From Sedimentisphaerales bacterium (GTDB taxonomy: Bacteria; Planctomycetota; Phycisphaerae; Sedimentisphaerales; SM23-30): 64,000 nucleotides of DNA. The stretch lies in NCBI GenBank assembly GCA_963666285.1, contig OY762711.1; one strand, given 5' to 3'. Below, one piece after another: positions 9,896 through 19,655 of this stretch; the first letter of the stretch is position 1; every line of letters begins with the position of its first letter. A program made the translations under genes and the position numbers. The notes below the pieces were generated by a model, which ran no database searches, had not been told where the DNA came from, and worked only from the letters and a program-made list of their open reading frames with translations.

Positions 9896-11400
9896 TGTCT
9901 AAAAAAGTATTATTATTGGTTTCTGTTGTATATTTACTGGCTTCTGTTTGTGTATTGAACGCTGCCCAGAAGCCGAATATCGTCTTTCTTTTCAGCGATG
10001 ACCATGCCGTTCAGGCTATAAGTGCCTATGGCTCGATAGTCAATAAAACTCCAAATATTGATCGGCTTGCTGATGAAGGTGCGATGTTTACTCGAAACTA
10101 TTGTGCCAATTCCATTTGTGCTCCCAGTCGGGCATGTATTCTTACTGGCCTCCACAGCCACAAAAACGGGTTGCGTGACAATGTCGACCGGTTCGACGGT
10201 AGCCAGCAGACTTTCCCGAAAATCCTGCAGAAAAATGGATACAAAACTGCTATTTTTGGTAAATGGCATCTGAAAACCAATCCGACCGGATTTGATAAAT
10301 GGATGATCTATCCCGGACAGGGCTATTATTACAATCCGGACTATATTACTCCGGAAGGAAAAAAACGCATTGAAGGGTATTCTGTTGAACTCACTACCAA
10401 TTTTGCTTTGGATTTTATCAAAGAGCAAAAAGAAGCAGATAAACCATTCCTGCTGATGTGTCAATATAAAGCGCCGCATCGTACCTGGAACCCAGGACCG
10501 AAATACCTCGATAAGTATAGGAATGTCAAATTCCCTGAACCTGATACGCTTTTCGATGATTATAGCAATCGTTCCAGTAACGCAGCTAAACAGGAGATGG
10601 AAATTGGCAGGGATATGATTATGGGGTACGATTTGAAAGTGCCGGTTGAAAAATGTATCGACTGGAAACGAATGACAGAGAAACAACGTCAGGATTTTGC
10701 CGAATCGTATAGAATGGCAAACAAGGAGTTCATGGAAGCTAACCTTACTGGCAAAGATCTTGTACGATGGAAGTACCAACGTTATATGCAGGACTATCTT
10801 GCTTGTATCGCTGCTGTTGATGATAATATCGGCCGCATTCTGGACTATCTCAAGGAAAACGGGCTGGAAGACAATACCATTGTTGTTTATAGCTCCGATC
10901 AGGGTTTCTATCTCGGTGAGCACGGCTGGTTCGATAAACGCTGGATGTTTGAGGAATCTTTCAGAATGCCGCTGTTTATCCGCTGGCCCGGCGTTATCAA
11001 ACCCGGTACCGTAATTGATAAGCTTACTCAAAACATTGATTTTGCTCCGACTTTCCTGGAGATGCTCAACCTGCAGGCTCCTCAAAAAATGCAGGGTGAG
11101 AGCTTCCTTCCGCTGCTGACTGGCAAACCTGTCCAGTGGCGTAAATCATTGTATTATCATTACTATGAGTTTCCTGGTTGCCATAGTGTTGCCAGGCACG
11201 AAGGTGTGGCTACTGAAAGATATAAACTGATAAGTTATTATCAAACTGGTGATTGGGAACTGTTCGACCTGGAAAAGGATCCAAAGGAAATGAACAGTGT
11301 GTATGGTGATAAAGAGTATTCAGCAGTGCAAAAAGAGCTGGAAGCGGAACTGATACGCCTGAAAAAACTCTACGATGCTCCGGATGTGTCTAAGAAATAA
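9895..11400 (+). CDS. Secreted formylglycine-dependent sulfatase
   Basis: Signal peptide, PNIVFLFSDDH, CAPSR, GKWHL, YSSDQG..LGEHG..DKR. Confidence 0.93.
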   Translation: MSKKVLLLVSVVYLLASVCVLNAAQKPNIVFLFSDDHAVQAISAYGSIVNKTPNIDRLADEGAMFTRNYCANSICAPSRACILTGLHSHKNGLRDNVDRFDGSQQTFPKILQKNGYKTAIFGKWHLKTNPTGFDKWMIYPGQGYYYNPDYITPEGKKRIEGYSVELTTNFALDFIKEQKEADKPFLLMCQYKAPHRTWNPGPKYLDKYRNVKFPEPDTLFDDYSNRSSNAAKQEMEIGRDMIMGYDLKVPVEKCIDWKRMTEKQRQDFAESYRMANKEFMEANLTGKDLVRWKYQRYMQDYLACIAAVDDNIGRILDYLKENGLEDNTIVVYSSDQGFYLGEHGWFDKRWMFEESFRMPLFIRWPGVIKPGTVIDKLTQNIDFAPTFLEMLNLQAPQKMQGESFLPLLTGKPVQWRKSLYYHYYEFPGCHSVARHEGVATERYKLISYYQTGDWELFDLEKDPKEMNSVYGDKEYSAVQKELEAELIRLKKLYDAPDVSKK

Positions 11401-11402
11401 AT

Positions 11403-12083
11403 ATGGCAAAAGTTTTTTACATAACAGGAATCGATACCGGTATTGGCAAAACGTACGCTGCGGGCGTGCTCGCAGCGTTTTTGCAGCAGCAGGGCCATCG
11501 GGTAATTACTGCCAAGCTTGTTCAGACCGGCTGTAAGGGCATTTCAGAAGATATTATCTTGCATCGTAAGATTATGGGGATTGATCTGCTCCCCGAAGAT
11601 ATCTCCGGCATAACCTGCCCTTATGTCTTTACTCTACCGGCATCGCCGCATTTGGCTGCCCGGGCAGAAGAGAAGGCCATCAATCCGGAAGTGATACTGA
11701 ATTCAATAAGTCGGCTTGCTGAAATGTATGACTTTATCATAGTTGAAGGAGCGGGGGGGCTGCTGGTGCCGCTTACTGGCGACCTTATGGCTATTGATTT
11801 TGCTGCCGCTCAAAACTGGCCCATTATTATTGTCAGTTCTTCTCGGCTTGGCAGTATAAACCACACTCTTATGACCGTTGAATGCGCTGCTTCCAGAAAT
11901 TGTATGATCGCCGGAGTAATTTATAATACAAACAGTCCCGACGATCCGGCTATAACCGCAGATTCCAGGGATATAATCGAAGCGAATCTTAACCATTTTT
12001 CCGATAGGGCATCACTAGTTGATCTTCCTCAAATCGATATCACAAATATACCAGATATTGATTTTTCTGATATATTTGTATGA
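11403..12083 (+). CDS. bioD: Dethiobiotin synthase
   Basis: ITGIDTGIGKT, KLVQTG, SPHLAA, VEGAGGLLVPL, LGSINHT. Confidence 0.95.
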   Translation: MAKVFYITGIDTGIGKTYAAGVLAAFLQQQGHRVITAKLVQTGCKGISEDIILHRKIMGIDLLPEDISGITCPYVFTLPASPHLAARAEEKAINPEVILNSISRLAEMYDFIIVEGAGGLLVPLTGDLMAIDFAAAQNWPIIIVSSSRLGSINHTLMTVECAASRNCMIAGVIYNTNSPDDPAITADSRDIIEANLNHFSDRASLVDLPQIDITNIPDIDFSDIFV

Positions 12084-12265
12084 GTTTACTTTCGCACTTT
12101 TCAAGTTGCAATAAACGCCTAAAAGGGCCTTCTTGTTGCGGTTTGAATTAAATATGCTTTCGAGATTTAGCCTCGAAAATGATAAAAATAACCTGATTAT
12201 AATTCACAAGGCCCTGTTCCGGCCTTTGCGTGTAATGTTGAACAGGCAATAGTGCCAGACCTTAC
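12084..12265 (+). mobile_element. MITE-like element, copy 1 (bioD/bioA junction)
   Basis: Starts GTTTACTTTCGCACTTTT, ends AGTGCCAGACCTTAC; flanks TATGA (12079-83) and CATGA (12266-70) form an imperfect 5-bp TSD. Confidence 0.8.
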
Positions 12266-12266
12266 C

Positions 12267-13556
12267 ATGAACAAAGACCAAATTAACAACCTGATTACTT
12301 TCGACCGTGACCATATCTGGCATCCATATACGTCAATGGCAGAGCCGTTGCCCGTTTATCCCGTTGTTGCTGCTGATGGAGTCGAACTCGAATTAGCTGA
12401 CGGTCGCAGGCTTGTAGACGGCATGAGTTCATGGTGGTGTGCTATCCATGGTTATAACCATCCCGTGATCAATCAGGCTATCAAAGGCCAGCTCGACAAA
12501 ATGGCACATGTTATGTTCGGCGGCATAACTCATGAGCCGGCGGTTTGCCTTGTCAAAAAGCTTATTGATATCACACCGGAACCGCTTCAGCATGTTTTTC
12601 TGGCTGATTCGGGCTCTGTTTCGGTTGAGGTTGCTATCAAAATGGCTCTGCAGTATTTCCAGACCCAGGGGCCAAAAACTAAAACAAGGCTTCTTACTGT
12701 TCGCGGCGGCTATCATGGCGATACTCTTGCCTGCATGAGTGTTTGTGATCCTGTTACCGGTATGCATCATCTTTTTACAGATATTCTTCCTAAACAGATA
12801 TTTGCCCACAAACCTGCCTGTCGTTTCGATCAGCCGTATAATTCCGAGTCCATTGATGACCTTGCAGGGCTGCTCAAGGCCAACTCCTCCGAAATTGCCG
12901 CTGTTATTATCGAGCCTGTTGTCCAGGGTGCCGGCGGCATGTGGTTCTACCATCCTCAATACCTCGTTGACCTGCGTGAACTTTGCGACCGGCATAATAT
13001 CCTGCTTATCTTCGATGAAATCGCAACCGGGTTTGGGCGGACCGGCAAAATGTTTGCCTGTCAGTGGCCTGAAATATCACCGGATATTATGACTGTTGGC
13101 AAAGCTCTTACCGGTGGATATATGACTCTGGCCGCGTCATTGACAACCGAAAAAGTAGCTATGGGGATATCTGATAATGGCGGGGTTTTCATGCATGGAC
13201 CAACATTTATGGCTAACCCATTGGCTTGTGCGGCTGCTTGTGCCGGATTGGATCTGCTCAACAAAGGCGATTGGGCTTCTCAGGTATCAGAAATTGAAAC
13301 CGGCTTAAAGGCGATGCTTGAACCTTGTCGCAGCAGCGAACTTGTTGCTGATGTAAGAGTGCTCGGTGCCATAGGAGTAGTGGAAATGCACCAGCCGGTA
13401 GATATTGCCGCTATTCAGAAGTTCTTCGTCGATCACGGCGTCTGGATACGTCCCTTTGGGAAACTTATCTATCTTATGCCGCCGTATATTATTAGTCCGG
13501 ACCGCCTAAAACTGCTTTGCGATGCAGTAACAGGCTGGATTAATTTGCAGGCATGA
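12267..13556 (+). CDS. bioA: Adenosylmethionine-8-amino-7-oxononanoate aminotransferase
   Basis: HIWHPYTSM, DGMSSWWCAIHGYNHP, DSGSVSVEVAIKMA, FDEIATGFGRTG, GKALTGG, HGPTFMANPLAC. Confidence 0.97.
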   Translation: MNKDQINNLITFDRDHIWHPYTSMAEPLPVYPVVAADGVELELADGRRLVDGMSSWWCAIHGYNHPVINQAIKGQLDKMAHVMFGGITHEPAVCLVKKLIDITPEPLQHVFLADSGSVSVEVAIKMALQYFQTQGPKTKTRLLTVRGGYHGDTLACMSVCDPVTGMHHLFTDILPKQIFAHKPACRFDQPYNSESIDDLAGLLKANSSEIAAVIIEPVVQGAGGMWFYHPQYLVDLRELCDRHNILLIFDEIATGFGRTGKMFACQWPEISPDIMTVGKALTGGYMTLAASLTTEKVAMGISDNGGVFMHGPTFMANPLACAAACAGLDLLNKGDWASQVSEIETGLKAMLEPCRSSELVADVRVLGAIGVVEMHQPVDIAAIQKFFVDHGVWIRPFGKLIYLMPPYIISPDRLKLLCDAVTGWINLQA

Positions 13557-13932
13557 TACCGTGGTTTTCTGTTTCATAACTGTCTATTAATAATTAGGTT
13601 TCTTTTACAGGCTGTAACCTTAAGCTCAATCGGTATCGCTAATATTGTTATTCGCTTTTCTCCTGCCGGGATATCCCTTTTGTTAGTCCTATAATTCTGT
13701 GGATAAACCATGTCCGGTTTTTGTTTAATTTCACAATTAGTCTCATAACTTTTACTCTGCTTAATTAATTATCATGGTTTTTATGTCTGTGATAATAGGG
13801 TAATTTTCTCTAAGTTGCTATTTTATAAGTATTACTATTTTTACTGCATCTTTCTTCTTATTATTTGGAACTTATATGTTACTTTTAATATGGCGATAGA
13901 AATTCTGGTAGCTTGTAGAAATAAACTTAAAT

Positions 13933-15078
13933 ATGGCTTTACGTCTAAAAAAAATGGAAACAAACCAGAACATACTATTTGTTGATGATGACATCCGGCT
14001 GTTATCCGGCCTCAAAAGGGCTCTTCACCATGAGACCGAAGTGGGGTTGTATTTTGCTACCGAAAGTTCAAATGCTTTCGAGATAATGCAAAAAAACAAG
14101 ATTGATGTTGTTGTTTCCGGCTTCAAGGCAAAAGACATGTCTGGCAGTGAAATTCTTGAAAAAGTCAAAGAGTCAAATCCCGGTAGTGTACGTATGATGT
14201 TTGCCGGGTTCGAAAATGATTCTGAAATCAAACAGCAAAGCAGCGACCTGGTACATCGTCACATTTCTCGACCTTGCAGTAGTTTGAATATTATTGACAT
14301 GATCAAAAGTGTCAGTAGAAAATGGGCTGATGTGCCAAAAGAATTCAGGGTGGTAGCAGCTGATATGCCTCACCTCCCGTTTTTACCGGAGACAATTGAG
14401 TATGTCAGAAGCTCCAGGGGGCTGGATCTGAATGATAAGGCTCTTGTTCAACTGCTGGCCAGGGACCTTGGTTTTGTGTCCTGGGTTTTACGTAATTCCG
14501 ATGAAAAAATATATGATTTGAATTGTAGCGGTACTAATGACTTTATAATCAAAGTTTGTGATATATATGGGTTTTTGCACAATGGGTATCTTATAGATGG
14601 TTGTGTACGATGTTATGAGGAGCCTCTCTTGTTAAGCCTGCAGCGTCGGGTATATTATCATGGCAGTCTGACAGGAGAGTACGCATCTGGAATTGCGGGG
14701 GATATACTGGGGGAAGACTCTTGTGGTAGCAGGAGTTTGTTAGCTGGTATGCTGCACGATGCTGGAAAGCTGGTTATAGCTCAAAAGCATGCGCAGCAAT
14801 ATCAGCTATTAGATAGATCTTCGCGTTCTGTTTCGGATCGTCTTCAGCAGGAAAATAATGACTTTGGTGCTTCTCACAACAAGGTTGGTGCTATGCTTCT
14901 GGATCTATGGGGTATCCCTGAAGTTATTGTCGATGCTGTTTTGAACCATCATGAGACTGACTGCCTGGAAGGCAGGTGTGATTTGCTGACCATAGTGAAA
15001 AAAGCGAATTGGATGGCTCATGGAAAGACTGATGGAAATGTCCCATTAAAAGATTATGAATTAAAAAATACGAACTAA
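13933..15078 (+). CDS. Receiver-like + HDOD domain signalling protein
   Basis: N-terminal ILFVDDD receiver fold; C-terminal 'LAGMLHDAGKL...FGASHNKVGAMLLDLWGIPEVIVDAVLNHH'. Confidence 0.8.
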   Translation: MALRLKKMETNQNILFVDDDIRLLSGLKRALHHETEVGLYFATESSNAFEIMQKNKIDVVVSGFKAKDMSGSEILEKVKESNPGSVRMMFAGFENDSEIKQQSSDLVHRHISRPCSSLNIIDMIKSVSRKWADVPKEFRVVAADMPHLPFLPETIEYVRSSRGLDLNDKALVQLLARDLGFVSWVLRNSDEKIYDLNCSGTNDFIIKVCDIYGFLHNGYLIDGCVRCYEEPLLLSLQRRVYYHGSLTGEYASGIAGDILGEDSCGSRSLLAGMLHDAGKLVIAQKHAQQYQLLDRSSRSVSDRLQQENNDFGASHNKVGAMLLDLWGIPEVIVDAVLNHHETDCLEGRCDLLTIVKKANWMAHGKTDGNVPLKDYELKNTN

Positions 15079-15129
15079 TTAAAACTTAAAGCAGTTTTTG
15101 CTGCAATTACTTTTTCAGGGAGAGATACC

Positions 15130-15858
15130 ATGAAATATAAATTATTATTTGTTGATGACGATCAAAAAGTTACCCAGGGTATTAGAAGAAACCTTGCTGA
15201 ACTTGATTATGAAATCTTTACTGCCGATTCCGGTCAGCAGGCTCTGGATATTCTTGCGAATGAGCCGATTTCAGTTGTTGTTTCTGATGAAAAGATGCCC
15301 GGGATGACCGGTGCCGAATTCCTGTCAAAGGTTAGAGATCTATACCCCGACACTATCAGGATTATTCTTACCGGGCAGGCCTCTCTTGAAGCTACCGTTA
15401 AGGCCATTAATGAAGGCGAAGTATATCGTTTTCTTATCAAACCATGTAATACTACCGAACTTATCTTTACTATCAGGCAGGCTCTCAAGCAGCGTGAGCT
15501 GGTTGTCCAGAGTAATAAACTTCTCGAACTTACTCGGCGGCAAAGTGAACTGCTCCAGACGCTTGAAACCGAATGTCCCGGCATTGTGGATGTAAAGACA
15601 AATGATGACGGCGCTATTATTTTAGAAGAGCCGAGTGATGATATTGATGTTCTTATACAGAATATTCAAAATGAAGTTGAAAAAGGCGAATCTCTGTTTT
15701 TGGACTGGTCCTGCTCAAATGGGGCTGCCAACGGCCAGGCGAGTAACCAGGTTGGCGATCCGACTTTATTTAATATAGATTTAGGCGAAACATCAGACCA
15801 AAAGGGTGTAAGCGATAAGAGCAAAGATAGTCTTGATAATTCTGAGATGTACTATTAA
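15130..15858 (+). CDS. Response regulator (receiver domain + coiled-coil/acidic tail)
   Basis: LLFVDDD, VVSDEKMPGMTG, ILTG, FLIKP. Confidence 0.88.
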   Translation: MKYKLLFVDDDQKVTQGIRRNLAELDYEIFTADSGQQALDILANEPISVVVSDEKMPGMTGAEFLSKVRDLYPDTIRIILTGQASLEATVKAINEGEVYRFLIKPCNTTELIFTIRQALKQRELVVQSNKLLELTRRQSELLQTLETECPGIVDVKTNDDGAIILEEPSDDIDVLIQNIQNEVEKGESLFLDWSCSNGAANGQASNQVGDPTLFNIDLGETSDQKGVSDKSKDSLDNSEMYY

Positions 15859-15859
15859 T

Positions 15860-16042
15860 GTTTAATTTCGCAGTTTTTAAGTTGCAAAAATCGCCTAAAA
15901 GGGCCTTTCTGCAACGCTTTGAATTAAATAACACTTTCGAGAAATAGCTCGAAAATACTTTTAAATATAAAGTTTTTCATTCACAAGGCCCTGTTCTGGC
16001 CTTTCCGTGTAATGCTGAACAGTCAAAAGTGCGAAACCGCAC
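15860..16042 (+). mobile_element. MITE-like element, copy 2
   Basis: GTTTAATTTCGCAG...AAAAGTGCGAAACCGCAC; perfect TSD TTAAT (15855-59 / 16043-47). Confidence 0.85.
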
Positions 16043-16093
16043 TTAATCTCAGTTCAATATGAAGTGTTTCTTTGATTTTGGTGCATTTATGTG

Positions 16094-16123
16094 GGGGACA
16101 GCGATTAGCTGTTCCCTTTTTTT
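16094..16123 (+). terminator. Rho-independent terminator
   Basis: GGGGACAGC-gatta-GCTGTTCCC followed by a T7 tract. Confidence 0.7.
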
Positions 16124-16137
16124 ATACCTGTAATGCA

Positions 16138-16291
16138 GTTAACTTTTGCCATTTTCAAGTTGTGAAATTGTATATAATGGCTTTTCTGCCGCCTGTTGAA
16201 TTACATGCACTTATGGGGAAATACCCACAAATATAGATAAATATAACATTTCCATTCACCATAAGGCTAATACCAAACAGTCAAAAGTACG
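16138..16291 (+). mobile_element. Degenerate MITE-like copy 3
   Basis: GTTAACTTTTGCCATTTTCAAGTTG ... AACAGTCAAAAGTACG is colinear with the other copies but strongly diverged. Confidence 0.6.
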
Positions 16292-16434
16292 CCTTGGATA
16301 AGATGCGATGCATAAAGTGTATATGCACAAAATTGTCATTTATAATGCACGAAATAGACTTGTTTAAATCAATATAATCTTGCATACTGGAACTATATAA
16401 TCTGTATGATTTCTGAATTATGTTTTATTTCTTA

Positions 16435-16637
16435 GTTAACTTTCGTAGTTTTTAAGTTGCAAAAAACGCCTAAAAGGCCTTCCTGCAATACTTCGAATTT
16501 AATACATTTTCGAGAAATGGCTCGAAAATACAATTAAATGTAAAGTTTTTCATTTACAAGACCCTGTTCAGGTCTTTGCGTATAATACTGAACAGTCATA
16601 AGTGCGACATGCATATGATGCGTAGCATTAACTGCAC
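16435..16637 (+). mobile_element. MITE-like element, copy 4
   Basis: GTTAACTTTCGTAG...AGTGCG[insert]CTGCAC; flanks TCTTA / TTTTA. Confidence 0.8.
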
Positions 16638-16719
16638 TTTTAGAGAAACTTCAGAGGCTCCTTTATTAGTAGAAGTTGCCTGATTGTCAAAAGTTTATAA
16701 CTCAAAAGGAGTATTGAAT

Positions 16720-17571
16720 ATGTTATACCGTGGTTCTAAGGCTAATAGCGGTAGAGGCTTCACTTTAATTGAGTTGCTGGTGGTTATTTCTATTATTGCG
16801 TTACTTGTATCAATTATCTTACCGGCATTAAACAGGGCAAAGGATAATGCCAAAAGAACTGTATGTGCCAATAATCTGAAATCAATTGGCCAGGCTCTGT
16901 TCATGTATGCAACAAACAACGATGATAAAATTCCGCAGACAGACTATGAAATGGGAGCGCCTGGAACTCCCAATAAAACTTATATGATGTTTTTAATTAA
17001 CCCTGATATAAATCTCAAGCCGATGGATCGCATTTATGACACCAAGGGGTTAGGTTATTTGTTTGGCAAAAAATACATTGATACTCCGGAAGTCTTTTAC
17101 TGTGAAGGCATTCCCAGGTCGGCTATGTCATGGAGGTTTGAACTCTTTGATGGTGGCGGCGGGTTCCCATGGAATACCGGGATAACCGAACAGAACACTA
17201 ATTATGTCCGTTGTAGTTTTAGTTATGTTCCTCAATCCCGCAAACAAAAGATGGGACTTACTATTCCTGGCGATTATACTCCTACCAGCGGTATTATCAG
17301 ATCTGACGGCAAGGAATATTTCCCTATTGTTGCCAAGTCAATTTCGGAGCTCTATGGAGATTACGCTATTACTTCCGGGCTGCTTCATACCCTGAGTGCT
17401 TTACCTCACAAGATGGGCAAAAACGGCTCTGGTGTTAATGTGCTGTTTGGTGATACCAGTGTTAGATTTTGTAATGACAGGGAAGCGTTCGATGAAGATT
17501 TGTGGGATGACAGTATTGGTGACGGACCGCACGAATACGAATTCAGAAAAGTCTATTCATTGTTAAAATAG
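16720..17571 (+). CDS. Prepilin-type N-terminal methylation protein (planctomycete DUF1559-like)
   Basis: [29 protein letters not shown]...[10 protein letters not shown]-terminal H...NVLFGD. Confidence 0.88.
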   Translation: MLYRGSKANSGRGFTLIELLVVISIIALLVSIILPALNRAKDNAKRTVCANNLKSIGQALFMYATNNDDKIPQTDYEMGAPGTPNKTYMMFLINPDINLKPMDRIYDTKGLGYLFGKKYIDTPEVFYCEGIPRSAMSWRFELFDGGGGFPWNTGITEQNTNYVRCSFSYVPQSRKQKMGLTIPGDYTPTSGIIRSDGKEYFPIVAKSISELYGDYAITSGLLHTLSALPHKMGKNGSGVNVLFGDTSVRFCNDREAFDEDLWDDSIGDGPHEYEFRKVYSLLK

Positions 17572-17578
17572 CATTATC

Positions 17579-18289
17579 TCAGTGACCTTGTCTCTCTGAA
17601 TATTCGATAAAATTTTCGATTAATAATTTATTTACTGGCTCGTCGATATATTTTTCCGGATGCCACTGAACTGCCATCAGGAATGGATGTCCCGGCATCT
17701 CAACTGCCTCGATTATACCATCTTCTGTTTCTGCTGCTGCCAGTAAACCATTGCCGGCTTTTATTATTCCCTGGTGATGGGCACTTGCTGTTTCTACTGT
17801 TTCTGAATCCAGCCAGTTTCTGAGCTTGCTCTCCGGGTGCAGTGAAACCATGTGACGTGTCTTTTCACCTTCATAACCATGGTTCACAGAACCGTTTATA
17901 TCCGGTATGTGCTGACATATCTCACCTCCGAATGCCATGTTGATAATCTGCATCCCCAGGCATATGCCAAGTATTGGAATTTTCTTCTTAATTACTGTGG
18001 CCAATAGCCTTAGGTCAAATTCCTGACGTCTGGCATGCACCAGCTCTGCCTTGGCGTGTAATGGCATGTCCCATTGTCTGGTATCCAGATCCATTCCACC
18101 GGTAAATACTATCCCGGAAATGTTTTCCAGGTATCCGTCCAGACTCTTATCGCTGCTCACTGGCAATATTGGCCGACACAATACATTATATCCCTCGAAT
18201 ACGTCGAAATAGGTATGGTCCAGGTATGCCCTCTCAATATTATCCGCTGAGAGGTGGTAGTTCATGCTGATTCCGATTTCGATTGCCAT
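17579..18289 (-). CDS. Peptidase C26 / gamma-glutamyl-gamma-aminobutyrate hydrolase family (class I glutamine amidotransferase)
   Basis: FTGGMD, PILGICLGMQ, SAHHQG, AVQWHPE. Confidence 0.9.
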   Translation of the reverse strand: MAIEIGISMNYHLSADNIERAYLDHTYFDVFEGYNVLCRPILPVSSDKSLDGYLENISGIVFTGGMDLDTRQWDMPLHAKAELVHARRQEFDLRLLATVIKKKIPILGICLGMQIINMAFGGEICQHIPDINGSVNHGYEGEKTRHMVSLHPESKLRNWLDSETVETASAHHQGIIKAGNGLLAAAETEDGIIEAVEMPGHPFLMAVQWHPEKYIDEPVNKLLIENFIEYSERQGH

Positions 18290-18454
18290 TTAAATGGTTT
18301 TCCTTTATTATTATTTCAGCCGTTAGTGCCGGTTATTTGAGCTCTCCAAAAAATTATACTGTCTCTTAATGTAAAATTAAAGATTTATTGATGAAATTAA
18401 GTCTCGTTGTATTGTAAGTTTTGAAATTAAGTATTTTCTTTAGAGGAGTTTTTG

Positions 18455-19558
18455 ATGATTAAAAAAAATGTTAAATTGTCTTTTGCTGTCATATTATTAC
18501 TCGCTGTAGTTAGTTTTGCTCAGGATTATTTCCCTGATATTGATGGCTATCATACATTGGTAAGTGACTTCCATACTCATACTGTTTTTTCTGATGGTGA
18601 TGTCTGGCCTTCCGTACGAATTAAGGAAGCCAAAAGAGAGCATCTTGATGTAATTGCTATTACCGACCATATTGAGTATCAACCACATTACGAGGACTTG
18701 CCAACAAAGCATGATCGTCCATATGAAATCGCAAAAAATGAGTTGAAAGATAATGATAAGCTTATTCTTATAAAAGGAACTGAAATTACCAGAGATACTC
18801 CTCCCGGCCATTATAATGCTGTTTTTATTAAGGATATCAGCTCGCTTGCCAAACATTGTGCCAAGGACGAAGAAACCGTCGAACAGAAGGTTGCTAAATT
18901 AGTTAATATTGTCGGACAGGCCAATAACCAGGGTGCCTTTGTCTTTTGGAATCATCATGACTGGAAAGGGCAGGATCGTGGCAACTGGATGGAATGTCAT
19001 ACTAAAATGGTTGCTGACAAACAGCTTCATGGCATGGAAGTCGTCAATGGTGGCAGTTATTACCCTCGCGCTCATCAGTGGTGTATTGATAACAACCTTA
19101 CAATGCTGGGTAATTCTGATATCCACAGACCTTCTATCAATTATAAATATACGCCAGAAAAACATCGGTCCCTCACTCTGGTATTCGCCAAAGAGCGTAC
19201 CGCCGATTCTGTTCGAGAGGCTCTCGATGCTGCCAGGACAGCTGTCTGGTACAAAAACAGTCTTATAGGTGATAAAGAGCTTCTCGGTTCTTTATTGGAT
19301 AAGTTACTTGTTTTTACTGTTACCGCAAAAGGTGATGACTTTCTTAATCTAATGGTTGAAAATACTGCCCTGATCGATCTGGAAGTGGCTGGGTTAGGGC
19401 AGCTCGAGGGTAGAACTTCTATTATCCCTGCTCGCAGTGAAATGGAAGTTAACCTGCCGTTATTTTCGGAAAATGGCAAATATACTCTTGAATTTAGTGT
19501 ATCTAATTTCAAGACCGCACCAAACGAAGGGTTGCATGTCATAAAGACTTTTGAATAA
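18455..19558 (+). CDS. Secreted PHP-domain phosphoesterase
   Basis: Signal peptide; DFHTHTVFSDG, AITDH, GTEITR..PPGHYN, NSDIH. Confidence 0.85.
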   Translation: MIKKNVKLSFAVILLLAVVSFAQDYFPDIDGYHTLVSDFHTHTVFSDGDVWPSVRIKEAKREHLDVIAITDHIEYQPHYEDLPTKHDRPYEIAKNELKDNDKLILIKGTEITRDTPPGHYNAVFIKDISSLAKHCAKDEETVEQKVAKLVNIVGQANNQGAFVFWNHHDWKGQDRGNWMECHTKMVADKQLHGMEVVNGGSYYPRAHQWCIDNNLTMLGNSDIHRPSINYKYTPEKHRSLTLVFAKERTADSVREALDAARTAVWYKNSLIGDKELLGSLLDKLLVFTVTAKGDDFLNLMVENTALIDLEVAGLGQLEGRTSIIPARSEMEVNLPLFSENGKYTLEFSVSNFKTAPNEGLHVIKTFE

Positions 19559-19581
19559 CCAAAAGATTACTTCTATAACCT

Positions 19582-19619
19582 AAAAAGGCAGGACGCAATA
19601 AACGTTTCCTGCCTTTTTT
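19582..19619. terminator. Bidirectional intrinsic terminator
   Basis: AAAAAGGCAGGA...TCCTGCCTTTTTT between convergent genes. Confidence 0.8.
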
Positions 19620-19655
19620 GATTTTATTAGCAATATTTTTATTATCTGCCAGCTA

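Noticed and set aside
9934..11085. 383-aa antisense ORF and other long shadow ORFs (e.g. 1717-2340, 24972-25562, 54889-55530)
   Set aside because: They overlap well-supported genes on the opposite strand and show no recognisable motifs.
13698..13706. DnaA box TGTGGATAA
   Set aside because: A single isolated match far from the skew flip; no cluster.
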